NCBI GenBank assembly: GCA_013289265.1
Contig: JABDAH010000006.1
Location: forward strand, 706-64,705
Direction: 5' to 3'
Length of the DNA stretch: 64,000 bases
Source: Alphaproteobacteria bacterium
GTDB taxonomy: Bacteria > Pseudomonadota > Alphaproteobacteria > UBA9219
The notes beneath the pieces were generated by a model, which saw nothing but the letters and a program-made list of their open reading frames with translations, was not told the origin of the DNA and did not search any database. Every line of letters starts with the position of its first letter. Position 1 is the first letter of the stretch. Of the stretch, positions 36,420 to 45,910 are shown in pieces. The position numbers and the translations under genes were made by a program.

Positions 36420-38399
36420 CTAAATCTGTACTATATCAAAGGCTATAGTGATGCGCTCGCCCTCGCCGGAAAAAGGCAGGGTGCCATGCCACATATAGGA
36501 CGGAAATAAAACCAGACGCCCCGGCTTTGGCTCGACACGCAATGTGGGTGGTGCGGCTGGCAAATCCACTTCAATCCCAGGCACGCCCAGTTCCAACCAG
36601 CCTTCCTGATTTTTCAATTCCGGCACGGCGGCATAAAATACGCCGCTGATCGAACCACCGGGATGAATGTGTGGAATGTGATAACCACCCTGCTTCAAAA
36701 TCACCGACCAGCTGCGGTAATGCAGGCGTTCGGGGCGTGCTGCCAGAAACGGGTGATTGTCATCACGCTTGCGCTCCTGCAGATAGTTCTTAATCGCCTG
36801 ATCCAGCACCTGACGGAAAGCCTGAATGCTGGGCGCTTTTTCCGCAAACAGCATATTGTCGGTTTGGCTGCCACCACGCACACTCTGACCGTAAGGCGAC
36901 CAGCCGCGTCCTTTGACGGCGCGCAAATCTACTACCAACATATTCAGGAAGGAAGGCAGATCGCTATACCCTGCAGGCACCGGAATAGTTGTTATCGTCG
37001 TCACTATTTCCGGGTTAATGAGATAATCTGCCGCAGCGATATCTTCCGCCAGCCGCAGCGCCAAGGCGCGGTAAGCAATCGCGCGTTGATCAAAACGGTT
37101 AGCCGCCAGGACGCTATCCAACAACGGTAAAGCCGTTTTGAAATCTTTCAGCCGCACGGCGATCAGCGCGAGATTAATATGGTAATCAACATCATGCGGC
37201 GCAAGATCAACGGCCTTGCGGTAATGCGCGAAAGCCTGCGGCAGATTTTTTAATAATTGTTCGACAGTACCTAGCATGTCATGCACAGCGGCGGAGTCTG
37301 GCTGTAATTGTAGCGCTTTCTGCAAGGCCGCCCGTTCATCTTCATATTTTCCCTCGCGTTCCAATGCGCGCGCCAAGGCCAGCCATGCCTGCGGTGCTTC
37401 AGGTTTTTGTTGCACCAGCATTTTAGGGTAATCGAGCACGGTTTCATTCTTGCCCTGCCGCCGCAGCGACGACGCCAGATTATCCATTGCTACCATATGC
37501 AGCGGGTCATAAGTCAAAACCGCGCGGTAGGATTTTTCAGCTGCCGCATGCTCACCAAGACGCTGCTGAACAGCGCCCAAGTTATTCCAGGCTTCAATTT
37601 CCTTTGGATCGCGGTCCAGAATTTGCCGCAGCAGATTAATAGCGCCGTCCAGATCACCCATATCCTGCAAAGCAGCAGAAAGATTTATAGCAGCTTTGGT
37701 CATCGCCGGCCGCGCCGCCAGCGCCTGCCGGTAAAGCGCGGCAGCGGCAGGCAGATCGCCCGTATCATGCGCCAGCACTCCGACGTTCAGCGCTGCATCG
37801 GCATGAGTGGGGTCAAGTTTCAGAGCAGTTGCATAAGCTGCCCTTGCATTGGCGGCTTGGCCGAATTCCTGCAGCGACCGTCCCAGTGCATAATAAGTCG
37901 CCGCGTTATTCAACTTTGCCGCTGCTTCCTGCAAAGCTGCAATTGCGACATCACCCTGCCCTGCCTGATGCGCGGCAGCACCTAAATTCAACAATAACTC
38001 ACCGTCACCCGGTTGTTGCTGCAAAGCAGATTGAAAAGCGGTTACTGCATCCGCGGCCTTTCCAGCCGCCAGCAAGACACATCCGTAATGCCACCAAACC
38101 ATTACCGTTTGATGACCCAATTCAACGGCACGTTTCAGGCGGGGCAAAGCCGTTGCCAGGTCGCCCTGCTGAAAAGCCAGCGTGCCATACATATGCAAGG
38201 ACGGCGCATAGTCTGGCTGCACCGCCAGAGCACGCGCATAAAACTGCGCTGCCGCCGGCAAATTTCCAGCACGATGCTGGTCAAGCGCTGCTGCATGCAA
38301 TTGCTCGGCAGTCATGGTTTCGGAAAGAGTCACGGCTGAACCTGTTGCGGTTGGAACCGAAAAGGGAAATAGAAAATGGTGCGGGCTAGTTGACGTCAT
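36420..38399 (-). CDS. TPR-repeat protein with C-terminal putative 2OG-Fe(II) oxygenase domain
   Basis: 659 aa. About 400 aa are 34-residue TPR-like repeats. The C-terminus HIPHIHPGGSISGVFYAAVP...LVLFPSYMWHGTLPF...RITIAFDI fits the HxH/D...H facial-triad family (PF13759-like). Confidence 0.75.
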   Translation of the reverse strand: MTSTSPHHFLFPFSVPTATGSAVTLSETMTAEQLHAAALDQHRAGNLPAAAQFYARALAVQPDYAPSLHMYGTLAFQQGDLATALPRLKRAVELGHQTVMVWWHYGCVLLAAGKAADAVTAFQSALQQQPGDGELLLNLGAAAHQAGQGDVAIAALQEAAAKLNNAATYYALGRSLQEFGQAANARAAYATALKLDPTHADAALNVGVLAHDTGDLPAAAALYRQALAARPAMTKAAINLSAALQDMGDLDGAINLLRQILDRDPKEIEAWNNLGAVQQRLGEHAAAEKSYRAVLTYDPLHMVAMDNLASSLRRQGKNETVLDYPKMLVQQKPEAPQAWLALARALEREGKYEDERAALQKALQLQPDSAAVHDMLGTVEQLLKNLPQAFAHYRKAVDLAPHDVDYHINLALIAVRLKDFKTALPLLDSVLAANRFDQRAIAYRALALRLAEDIAAADYLINPEIVTTITTIPVPAGYSDLPSFLNMLVVDLRAVKGRGWSPYGQSVRGGSQTDNMLFAEKAPSIQAFRQVLDQAIKNYLQERKRDDNHPFLAARPERLHYRSWSVILKQGGYHIPHIHPGGSISGVFYAAVPELKNQEGWLELGVPGIEVDLPAAPPTLRVEPKPGRLVLFPSYMWHGTLPFSGEGERITIAFDIVQI

Positions 38400-38580
38400 T
38401 CGAACAGATTTTAGGAAAGATATACAGATTCTTTACCATATGCTACCCAATGAGAGGAAAGAAGGTTTGGACGACTAAACACGGGCGATAAATAGCCGAT
38501 CTCACTGTTATCCGGCACATTGAAAATAAGCACGGTCATGCTTCCAGTCCTCGGCCATATTCCCGGCTCTCTCGGCAGAA

Positions 38581-39012
38581 TTAGGGTTGGATACTAGCTT
38601 TCGCTGTTACAGGATAAAGTTTCTGTGGATCGTCCGGCTCACCAATATAAATACCCACTTCAGGCATTACTGTGCCTTTGTCCGCAATGCTGAGATGCGG
38701 CACATGTGGCGGCACATAAACCCAGTCGCCAGCTCTGACTGGCACATCGCCTTCAATGGTTTTAAAAACGCCGGAACCAAAAGCGATATAAACAATCGTA
38801 GCGCCTGCATGCGCATGCATATCAGCTTCAGTATCGCGCACTTCAATTCGCACGATCCGCGCCACTAAAGATTGCCCAGCTTGTTTCACATCACGCGCCA
38901 GATCATCCAACGAGAAAGGAGAAAAATAAAAACAGCTTGAATCTTCTACTCCTACATAATGGCTTTCGTAATCCTTCGGACGGTAAATTCGGCACCCACC
39001 TAATTCAATCAT
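38581..39012 (-). CDS. Cupin domain protein
   Basis: I placed the start at MIELGG, where an AAGGAG Shine-Dalgarno lies 7 nt upstream. The cupin motifs are MHAHAGATIVYI and GDWVYVPPHVPH. Confidence 0.65.
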   Translation of the reverse strand: MIELGGCRIYRPKDYESHYVGVEDSSCFYFSPFSLDDLARDVKQAGQSLVARIVRIEVRDTEADMHAHAGATIVYIAFGSGVFKTIEGDVPVRAGDWVYVPPHVPHLSIADKGTVMPEVGIYIGEPDDPQKLYPVTAKASIQP

Positions 39013-39082
39013 TTGATATCTCCTTGTCGAATTCATTATGGAAATGGCAATAAACATATATTTATGTAAATATATGCACAAA

Positions 39083-39101
39083 ATAACATTTTTTATGTTA
39101 T
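39083..39101. promoter_or_regulatory. Perfect 7-5-7 palindrome ATAACAT-TTTTT-ATGTTAT in the divergent cupin/TrmB promoter region
   Basis: I read this directly from the sequence. It lies in the 110-nt AT-rich spacer between the divergent starts at 39012 and 39123. Confidence 0.35.
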
Positions 39102-39122
39102 ATTATTGGTGGAGGTATATAA

Positions 39123-39887
39123 ATGTACAAAGATATCATTGACTTACTAAGCCGCCTCGGCTTGAAAAACCGCGAGGGACGCATTTATTTGGCCTGCCTT
39201 GCCAATAAAGACGGACTTTTTATCCATGAAATTGTCAAGGAAACACGCGTCATTCGCAGTACGGTTGATATGACCACCAAGCGTCTCACCCAGCGCGGTT
39301 TTCTGACTAAAGTCAAAGTCGGTCGCCGTTTTCGTTTCTTTGCGCAGGCTCCCGAAGCGATTTTGTTCCGGCAAAAACAACTGGTCGAGGATTTGGAACA
39401 AGTCGTTCCGTTGTTAAGCAAAATCAGTGGCCAGAAAAAAGATATGGAAATACTTTATTTCGAAGGCCAGCAAGGTTTTCGGCAAGTGCATAATGATATT
39501 TTGCTGCAGCTGAAATTTGCGAGCGATGTCAAAAAAGATATTCTCAGCTTCTCATCAGGAACCGATTTTATGCGCCTGTATCCGCAAATCAAATCCTTTA
39601 TTACCAAGCGTATTAAAAACGGTTCGTGGTACCGCGGTATTACACACCGAACGGCGGCATCCATTCCCGAATGGAGCAGCAATGCGAAAGCCCTGCGCAC
39701 CGTCAAATTTATTGGTGATGAAGCCTATGACTTCCGCATGGATGTGCAGATCTATGCCGACAATGTCGCGCTTTATTCCACCAGCGCGCCAGTTGGCGGC
39801 GTAATTATTCGGAATGAAAAAATTGCCGATTCCATGCGTGCCTTGTTCAACCTAGTATGGAAATCATTGCCAGACAGTGCTTCTTGA
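39123..39887 (+). CDS. TrmB-family transcriptional regulator
   Basis: 254 aa. The N-terminal winged HTH LSRLGLKNREGRIYLACL...GLFIHEIVKETRVIRSTVDMTTKRLTQRGFL resembles TrmB. Confidence 0.6.
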   Translation: MYKDIIDLLSRLGLKNREGRIYLACLANKDGLFIHEIVKETRVIRSTVDMTTKRLTQRGFLTKVKVGRRFRFFAQAPEAILFRQKQLVEDLEQVVPLLSKISGQKKDMEILYFEGQQGFRQVHNDILLQLKFASDVKKDILSFSSGTDFMRLYPQIKSFITKRIKNGSWYRGITHRTAASIPEWSSNAKALRTVKFIGDEAYDFRMDVQIYADNVALYSTSAPVGGVIIRNEKIADSMRALFNLVWKSLPDSAS

Positions 39888-40036
39888 TGGAACTTGCCCG
39901 TAGACTACTCAGCAATTCTCTCCGATCAATTTAACCCTCACCTGACTCGAACTAAAAAGATGAGTTGCTTCAATGGATAAGCGAAGTGCCAATTTTTGGT
40001 ACCTTGCAACCCATTGATAGAACTTGTGAATAAAAA

Positions 40037-40123
40037 TGGTGCGGTCGAGAAGACTCGAACTTCCACGAGATTTCTCCCACAGCGACCTCAACGCTGCGCG
40101 TCTACCAATTCCGCCACGACCGC
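40037..40123 (-). tRNA. tRNA-Leu (anticodon GAG)
   Basis: The hand-folded sequence is GCGGTCG..CAGCG-TTGAGGT-CGCTG..long variable arm..GGAAGTTCGAGTCTTCT-CGACCGC-A-CCA. Confidence 0.95.
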
Positions 40124-40225
40124 ATACCGTAACATTGGAGGTACAGGGCTTTACCCATTTTCAGGGCATTAATCAAGTTGCGATGCAAGCTGGCGTATTT
40201 TGCCTGTGGCTCTATAATAAAACCC

Positions 40226-40879
40226 ATGAAAACAGCAGAAATAGCCTTGGAAAAGCCGGATGCCGAATGGCGTAGCGCCCTTGCCCCCATTCCCTACCCT
40301 GAGGCTTTGGCAGCTATGGAAGCGCGGGCTGCAGCGATCGAGGCGGGGACAGCACCGGAGCTATTCTGGTTTCTGGAACATCCACCGCTTTACACAGCGG
40401 GCACCAGCGCATCGGCTGACGAACTGAAAGACGCTTCGCGCTTTCCAGTGTTTGAGACAGGGCGCGGCGGGCGTTATACCTATCACGGTCCCGGCCAGCG
40501 CATTATTTACGCACTATGCGATCTGCGCCAACGCGACAAGGATATACGTCAGCATGTCTGGCGGTTGGAAGAATGGGTTATTCGCACACTCAAGGAATTA
40601 GGCGTGACAGGTGAACGGCGTGACGGGCGCATCGGCATCTGGGTGGCACATGACGGAGTAGAAGAAAAAATCGCGGCTATCGGTGTGCGCGTGCGACGCT
40701 GGGTGACTTATCACGGCCTGTCGTTCAATGTTTCGCCGGAGCTGTCGCATTTTTCCGGCATTGTGCCTTGCGGCCTGCCGGAGTTTGGCGTGACATCCCT
40801 GCACGCGCTCGGCATCAACGCATCGATGGAAGATGTTGATGCTGCATTTCGAAAGACAGCAGCTGGTTTGATTGTTTAA
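40226..40879 (+). CDS. lipB: Lipoyl(octanoyl) transferase
   Basis: The motifs are [31 protein letters not shown] and HGLSFNV. The start is probably MKTAEIAL (40226) rather than the TTG at 40178. Confidence 0.85.
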   Translation: MKTAEIALEKPDAEWRSALAPIPYPEALAAMEARAAAIEAGTAPELFWFLEHPPLYTAGTSASADELKDASRFPVFETGRGGRYTYHGPGQRIIYALCDLRQRDKDIRQHVWRLEEWVIRTLKELGVTGERRDGRIGIWVAHDGVEEKIAAIGVRVRRWVTYHGLSFNVSPELSHFSGIVPCGLPEFGVTSLHALGINASMEDVDAAFRKTAAGLIV

Positions 40880-41871
40880 GCCGAAGCAGTGCGATAAGCA
40901 GGCTCATAACCGGGTACCGCCTGTGCCGATTTGCGGATGATCGAAGTGCTTTCGGTATGACAGTAGTCATTCGCTGCCTCACGCTCATAGGGCGCGCTTT
41001 CCAGCAAGCCCTGACCGCCGACGGCAATAATTTCACTGAGCTTACCCGCTGCGGTGAAGCTACCGCACATCAAGGGGCCGCCGCGACCACAACCAGCATC
41101 AAGAGTTACTGCGCCTTCGTCCAGCACGGCGCCGTTATTGACCGAGTCAAACCCGCGAATGATACGGCTGTAGAAGCTCTGCGCACGGCCAGACAAACGG
41201 AATGTCGCGGGCGTCCACCACAGAGCCTCGCCCTGATCTTCGAGCGGACGCGAAGGATCAAATCCTGCTGGCACAAAAAGGGTCTTTTCCTGAGAACCAA
41301 CGGGCTGAGCCAGAGCAGCACGGCGCATGCTGCAAACGAGGGCTTCATGTCCTGGTGTCATACGTTGCAAAGCACGCAGCTGGTTAGTCCAGCGGGTGAT
41401 TGCCATGCTGCCTGCACGAGCCATTGACTTGGTATCATTGATGCTAACGCCGTACAGTTTCAGATAGGCTTCAACGCCTGACGCCATAAGCTTATCAAGG
41501 GTTTGCAGGGGCACAGGCGCAAACTGCAGGCGCAGTAAACGTTGCCACGCTTCTTCGGCTGGGCCGCGCAGATAGATAATATCCGACGGCTCCATACCGG
41601 TTTTGGAAAGCAATGCGGCGCGGAAAGCCAGGATTTCGTCCATCACTGCGGCGTTATGGCGCGCTTCAACGCCGGGATAGGCGCCAAGGTAATTACCCAT
41701 ATAAACGATGCGGTCGCGAACCAAAAAGCGGCTGGCAAGATGGTCATGCAAAGTCGCAAGGCGATCAACGTCACCATGGATGGCAGCAATGGCCCATATG
41801 CGGCGCGGGGCGCCCAGTTCGGCAAATTTCTCGTTCACGACACACCCGAAACAAGTCAGGAAAAGGAACAA
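40876..41871 (-). CDS. Metallophosphoesterase-fold protein with degenerate PPP motifs
   Basis: 331 aa. [14 protein letters not shown] and VYMGNYLG align with the GDxHG and GDxxDRG motifs, but the metal-binding Asp residues are replaced. Confidence 0.45.
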   Translation of the reverse strand: MFLFLTCFGCVVNEKFAELGAPRRIWAIAAIHGDVDRLATLHDHLASRFLVRDRIVYMGNYLGAYPGVEARHNAAVMDEILAFRAALLSKTGMEPSDIIYLRGPAEEAWQRLLRLQFAPVPLQTLDKLMASGVEAYLKLYGVSINDTKSMARAGSMAITRWTNQLRALQRMTPGHEALVCSMRRAALAQPVGSQEKTLFVPAGFDPSRPLEDQGEALWWTPATFRLSGRAQSFYSRIIRGFDSVNNGAVLDEGAVTLDAGCGRGGPLMCGSFTAAGKLSEIIAVGGQGLLESAPYEREAANDYCHTESTSIIRKSAQAVPGYEPAYRTASA

Positions 41872-41999
41872 GTTCAGCTGAACATGCGACTCAGTAAAAA
41901 GGCAAGCACATCGTTAAACTATTTTTAACCAATAAAACGGCAGCAAGCATTGACAGATTAAATTTTTTGAATCGAAAATTGATTCTCTAATGAGAGGAA

Positions 42000-42434
42000 T
42001 TATTTTTTCGGAAACCAGTCGCGGCCCGGCTTTGTGTAGAGCAAATACAGTGAGGCTGCCTGCAAACCGACGTCTGGGATATCCGCCAGATATTCGGAAA
42101 AGCCATGATAAGGCGGGAAAAACATGAATAAGATCTGGAATGCAAAGCCCCACAGCAAACTGCTGCGCGCCCAATGCTTGCCTTTGCCGATTTCGATGAT
42201 AATCCATATCGACAGCACCAGAACCAAAGCATAGACCGCAACCGCCAGCTTCATAATCATGTCAGGCGCTATCGAAATCAGACCTTGCGATTGTTCCAGC
42301 AATTGCTGTTCATATTCAGGGATGCTGAGCCAGGTATGATAAATGCCGAATACACAAGTCCATGCGGTCCAGGTCCATAAAACCCATTCGGCGCAGGCGA
42401 CGGCTTTCGGTTTCGATTTTGGTTGATGGCTCAC
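42000..42434 (-). CDS. Hypothetical membrane protein
   Basis: 144 aa with four hydrophobic segments. It lies immediately downstream of the glycosyltransferase. Confidence 0.5.
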   Translation of the reverse strand: MSHQPKSKPKAVACAEWVLWTWTAWTCVFGIYHTWLSIPEYEQQLLEQSQGLISIAPDMIMKLAVAVYALVLVLSIWIIIEIGKGKHWARSSLLWGFAFQILFMFFPPYHGFSEYLADIPDVGLQAASLYLLYTKPGRDWFPKK

Positions 42435-42446
42435 AGGAGATACAAA

Positions 42447-43655
42447 TCAGGTGGAAGGACTTACCTTATATGCATTCTGCGGAGAAGTTTGAGAAGAGAG
42501 AATTTCACGCGACGTCACAACCCCTTCTTTCTCCAGAATATCGGCCATCATGTCAGGAATTTCATAAAGCGCCCTGTTATTAAGCGCTAAAGCCTTGCGG
42601 CGCAATTGCGACAGAGTTTCGCCGTCTAACATCGTCGCAACCGCGGAAGCGATCTCACTAAAGCTCGGCACCGCTATTCCCAATCCATTTTCCCGAACCC
42701 AGACGGCGTTATAGCGTTCTTGCGGCATCGTACGCAGGCTTTCCTCGATAATAACCGGCAGTCCCATATGCAGGGCCTCGCTGACGCTGCCGGGTCCCGG
42801 TTTGCCGATAAAGAAATCCGCCAGCGCCATGTAATCGGCGACATTTTCGGTGAATCCCACGGCGTGACAGGCAGGGTATTTTTGCAAGGCGCGTTGCAAT
42901 ACTTTATTATGCCCGCACATCACAATGGTTTGCACATTCAGACCCGCCTTGCGTAACCGCGCCAGTATCTTGATTGAATCGCGCGAACCATTACCACCAA
43001 ACATGATCAAGGCTGTCGGCAGGTCTGGATCAAGCCCCGACTCCTGCCGTTTTTGGCGGCGATCAACCGTTACCGGCTTATAAAAACCGGGCTTTAAAAT
43101 CATGCCGGAGGTCTGATAAACCCGGTCACGGTTATAACCAACACTAAACGCCTGTTGCACAGCAACGGCGCTGCCGCAAATCAAAAATTGTTCCTGCGGT
43201 TCCTGCCAGAAATGTGGCGGGCAATCGGCAATGTCGGTCATGATAGTAACATAGGGTACATCAGGCCGCGCAGCGCGCAGCGCATTGAACATGACACGGT
43301 TGAAGTTGGGTATCAGCGATACAACCATGTCCGGCGCAGATTGCGCCCAATGGCGGCGTAGCAATTCCTCAATCTTGGGGCGGTAATAACGAATGCCCGT
43401 CTGCAAAGTTGTCAGGATGGCGGTGCCGCCGTAGGTGAAACCTTTTTTTAGCGCCTGATTATAGATATTCTGCGATTCAATATTCAGCAGGCGATGAAAA
43501 GGATCAATTGGCCGCAGTAAATCCTGTAGATTGACGAGAGTTACGTCCCAGCCGGGATAAATCTCCGCGATTACTTTTTTTAAAGACGTTGCCGCGCTGC
43601 GGTGGCCGCCACCGGCATCAAAGAAAAAGAATTCAAGAGAAGGTCTGGCTGACAC
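42447..43655 (-). CDS. Glycosyltransferase, MGDG-synthase/GT28-like (diacylglycerol glycosyltransferase type)
   Basis: 402 aa. The N-terminus is FFFFDAGGGHRSAA, and GKPGPGSVSEALHMGLPVI is the GT-B C-terminal motif. Confidence 0.7.
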   Translation of the reverse strand: MSARPSLEFFFFDAGGGHRSAATSLKKVIAEIYPGWDVTLVNLQDLLRPIDPFHRLLNIESQNIYNQALKKGFTYGGTAILTTLQTGIRYYRPKIEELLRRHWAQSAPDMVVSLIPNFNRVMFNALRAARPDVPYVTIMTDIADCPPHFWQEPQEQFLICGSAVAVQQAFSVGYNRDRVYQTSGMILKPGFYKPVTVDRRQKRQESGLDPDLPTALIMFGGNGSRDSIKILARLRKAGLNVQTIVMCGHNKVLQRALQKYPACHAVGFTENVADYMALADFFIGKPGPGSVSEALHMGLPVIIEESLRTMPQERYNAVWVRENGLGIAVPSFSEIASAVATMLDGETLSQLRRKALALNNRALYEIPDMMADILEKEGVVTSREILSSQTSPQNAYKVSPST

Positions 43656-43818
43656 TGCAACCCCTTAAATCTCAGGAACTAGCAGCTACAGCATGACAGG
43701 AGAAGCGTTCAGGTCAAGCATCATAAAGACTATATATGTTTGGTCTTGTAATCACCTTGTTCAGGACTGATTTTTTATGAAAATGCTGTTTGAGTTGGCT
43801 GCTCTTCAGGAGGCAGCA

Positions 43819-44070
43819 ATGGCTCATTCGCAGCACATAAAAACCGGCGCTCTTTTAGCAATGACTGCACTTACTTTAAGTGCATGCGTTGTTGAACCGT
43901 ATCCACTGCCTCCGCCGCAACCCATGGCCGTTGCGCCTTATCAATGCTGCTATTCCTATTATGAATATCCGCCTGCCTATGAATATTACGGCCCAGCCGT
44001 TGGCTTTAATTTAGGTTACGGTGGATGGCATGGCGGCGACGGCCATTGGGGACATCATCACTGGCGATAA
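43819..44070 (+). CDS. Small Gly/Tyr/His/Pro-rich lipoprotein
   Basis: I placed the start at MAHSQHIK. The lipobox is LTLSAC. The mature part is low-complexity (YEYPPAYEYYG...GGWHGGDGHWGHHHWR). Confidence 0.4.
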   Translation: MAHSQHIKTGALLAMTALTLSACVVEPYPLPPPQPMAVAPYQCCYSYYEYPPAYEYYGPAVGFNLGYGGWHGGDGHWGHHHWR

Positions 44071-44101
44071 ACTTGTTGTTTAGGCATCGATTTCTTTTAG
44101 C

Positions 44102-44131
44102 TTGACATGCAACCATTTGGTTGCATATAAT
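44102..44131 (+). promoter_or_regulatory. Near-consensus sigma-70 promoter with palindromic operator in the spacer
   Basis: TTGACA (44102-44107) and TATAAT (44126-44131) are separated by an 18-nt spacer. The spacer is the palindrome TGCAACCA-TT-TGGTTGCA. The ArsR ATG lies 7 nt after the -10 hexamer. Confidence 0.55.
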
Positions 44132-44137
44132 GGCGGC

Positions 44138-44467
44138 ATGGTTACTCATGATGACAAAGTGTTCAAAGCCCTCGCCGATGCCAGCCGCAGGCAATTGCTG
44201 GACCGGCTGCGCAAGAAAAACGGGCTGACGCTCAGTGAGCTTTGCGATGGGCACGACATGAGCCGTCAGGCGGTGACCAAACATCTTGTTTTGCTGGAGG
44301 AGGCGAACCTCGTCACTACGGCAAAACAGGGGCGCGAAAAGCTGCATTACCTCAACCCGGTTCCGATCAACGAAATCTATACGCGTTGGATTGGCAAGTT
44401 TGAGCGCAAGCAGGTTCAGGCGCTTCATAACCTGAAACAAGCACTAGAGGAGAGTAACGATGACTAA
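44138..44467 (+). CDS. ArsR/SmtB family transcriptional regulator
   Basis: I placed the start at MVTHDDKVFKALADASRRQLLDRL. The HTH is LTLSELCDGHDMSRQAVTKHL. The track start at 44102 lies inside the promoter. Confidence 0.85.
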   Translation: MVTHDDKVFKALADASRRQLLDRLRKKNGLTLSELCDGHDMSRQAVTKHLVLLEEANLVTTAKQGREKLHYLNPVPINEIYTRWIGKFERKQVQALHNLKQALEESNDD

Positions 44468-44933
44468 CGCTGATTTTATCTACACGACTTATATCAAAAG
44501 CACGCCTGAAAAAGTATGGGCCGCAATTACCAATCCGGAATTTACACGCCAATATTGGGGGCATGACAATATTTCTGACTGGAAAAAAGGGTCCGACTGG
44601 AAACATGCGGATGGCAAAGGCGGCAGCGCAAGAATTATCGGCAAAGTACTGGAAAGCAATCCGCCGAAACGCCTTGTGTTGACCTGGGCCGACCCCGCCG
44701 ACACAGCGGACGATTCCAAAGTCACATTTGAAATCGATACCGTCCAGGACCTGGTGCGCCTCAATGTCATCCACGGCGATTTCAAGCCCGGCTCGGTTAT
44801 GGCCACCAAGGTTGTTATCGGTTGGCCGCTTGTGCTCTCCAGCATGAAATCTTTGCTGGAAACCGGCAAAGCTATCGATATCATGGCGCTTAAGCAATGC
44901 GGCTCGGCCACGGTAAAAGAAACGGCAGCATAA
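44460..44933 (+). CDS. SRPBCC (Aha1-like) domain protein
   Basis: 157 aa. It overlaps the arsR end by 8 nt. An ArsR gene paired with an SRPBCC gene is a common arrangement. Confidence 0.8.
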   Translation: MTNADFIYTTYIKSTPEKVWAAITNPEFTRQYWGHDNISDWKKGSDWKHADGKGGSARIIGKVLESNPPKRLVLTWADPADTADDSKVTFEIDTVQDLVRLNVIHGDFKPGSVMATKVVIGWPLVLSSMKSLLETGKAIDIMALKQCGSATVKETAA

Positions 44934-45012
44934 TCACTTTACGCTACGGCACACTGGTGCGCTCTTGGGGCGCATCAGTGATAGCTGGAAGATAAGTCAT
45001 AGAGAGCGCCAC

Positions 45013-45318
45013 CTACAAAGATTCAAAATAAATTCTATAGGTGATTTTTCTCTCCGTTTCATCTTTAGGATTTTGCCATTCGTTTACTTTTTTCAGGAAT
45101 CCCACCTCTTCTAAAGCCAAAAGATCTTTTCCTTCCCATTCGGGAATGTCTTTCGAAATTTGATCGGTAATATCTTTGCCCTTATATTCGATCCAATGAT
45201 ATGCTCCGTATGGAAAATACCCCAACCACTCTTTGCAATAGATGATTTGATTATCTTCCTGAGAAGCAATTTCTTGCAGTCTTTTTTTAAGTTGGGTTTG
45301 CTGGTCAGTAAGCATCAT
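45013..45318 (-). CDS. Hypothetical protein (AT-rich orphan)
   Basis: 101 aa, rich in Trp, Tyr and Lys, with no recognised motif. Confidence 0.4.
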   Translation of the reverse strand: MMLTDQQTQLKKRLQEIASQEDNQIIYCKEWLGYFPYGAYHWIEYKGKDITDQISKDIPEWEGKDLLALEEVGFLKKVNEWQNPKDETERKITYRIYFESL

Positions 45319-45434
45319 GCTTTATAGTAAATATTAAAGTCCTATGCTAGATACAGTCGGCATGCATTTTAGGGACGTATTGAGTTTTCGTAGAACTCCA
45401 CCACAAATCGACGGCTCTGTTACGGAGATCAACA

Positions 45435-45827
45435 GTGAAGTTCGCAATCTATTTAACCATAGGCCTTTTGTTGTCAGGCTTTTGTTTTGCTGGAGGAAAA
45501 GTGGAAACTTTAAAGAAATTTGAGCTTGATAAGTCAATTATTTTGCTGCCCGGGGAAACGGTTGCCGGACCGGATGATTTGACAATTACTCTTGAAGGCT
45601 ATGGCCATAAATTTGGCAAAGGCCCGGAACAGAATTTTTCCTTTATCGAGATGAATGTGAAACAAACAGATGAATCAGAAGGTTTTAGAATTACCCTGCC
45701 CTTAAAATCGCAAACAACTCACCTTTGGAAAAACTGGAAATTCATTTTTCTTAAATGCGATGATCAAGGGCCGCCACACTCCAGCCTGTCATCTACCGAG
45801 CTAATCGTCAGCCACTTGCCTCGATAA
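45435..45827 (+). CDS. Hypothetical secreted protein (AT-rich orphan)
   Basis: 130 aa with an N-terminal signal-like MKFAIYLTIGLLLSGFCFAGG. Confidence 0.4.
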   Translation: MKFAIYLTIGLLLSGFCFAGGKVETLKKFELDKSIILLPGETVAGPDDLTITLEGYGHKFGKGPEQNFSFIEMNVKQTDESEGFRITLPLKSQTTHLWKNWKFIFLKCDDQGPPHSSLSSTELIVSHLPR

Positions 45828-45910
45828 TTTTCTTAAATCAGTTATACTGTGCTGATAATCGTTGATTATCTATGCACGATCCGCCTATCTCCCTTTCCTA
45901 AAGACTAAAG

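Noticed and set aside
39942-39951. GACTCGAACT, identical to the T-arm region of the adjacent tRNA-Leu (40053-40062), as a tRNA fragment or att remnant.
   Set aside because: The shared 10-mer is essentially the generic T-loop consensus (GTTCGAGTC). The neighbouring bases do not match the tRNA acceptor strand.
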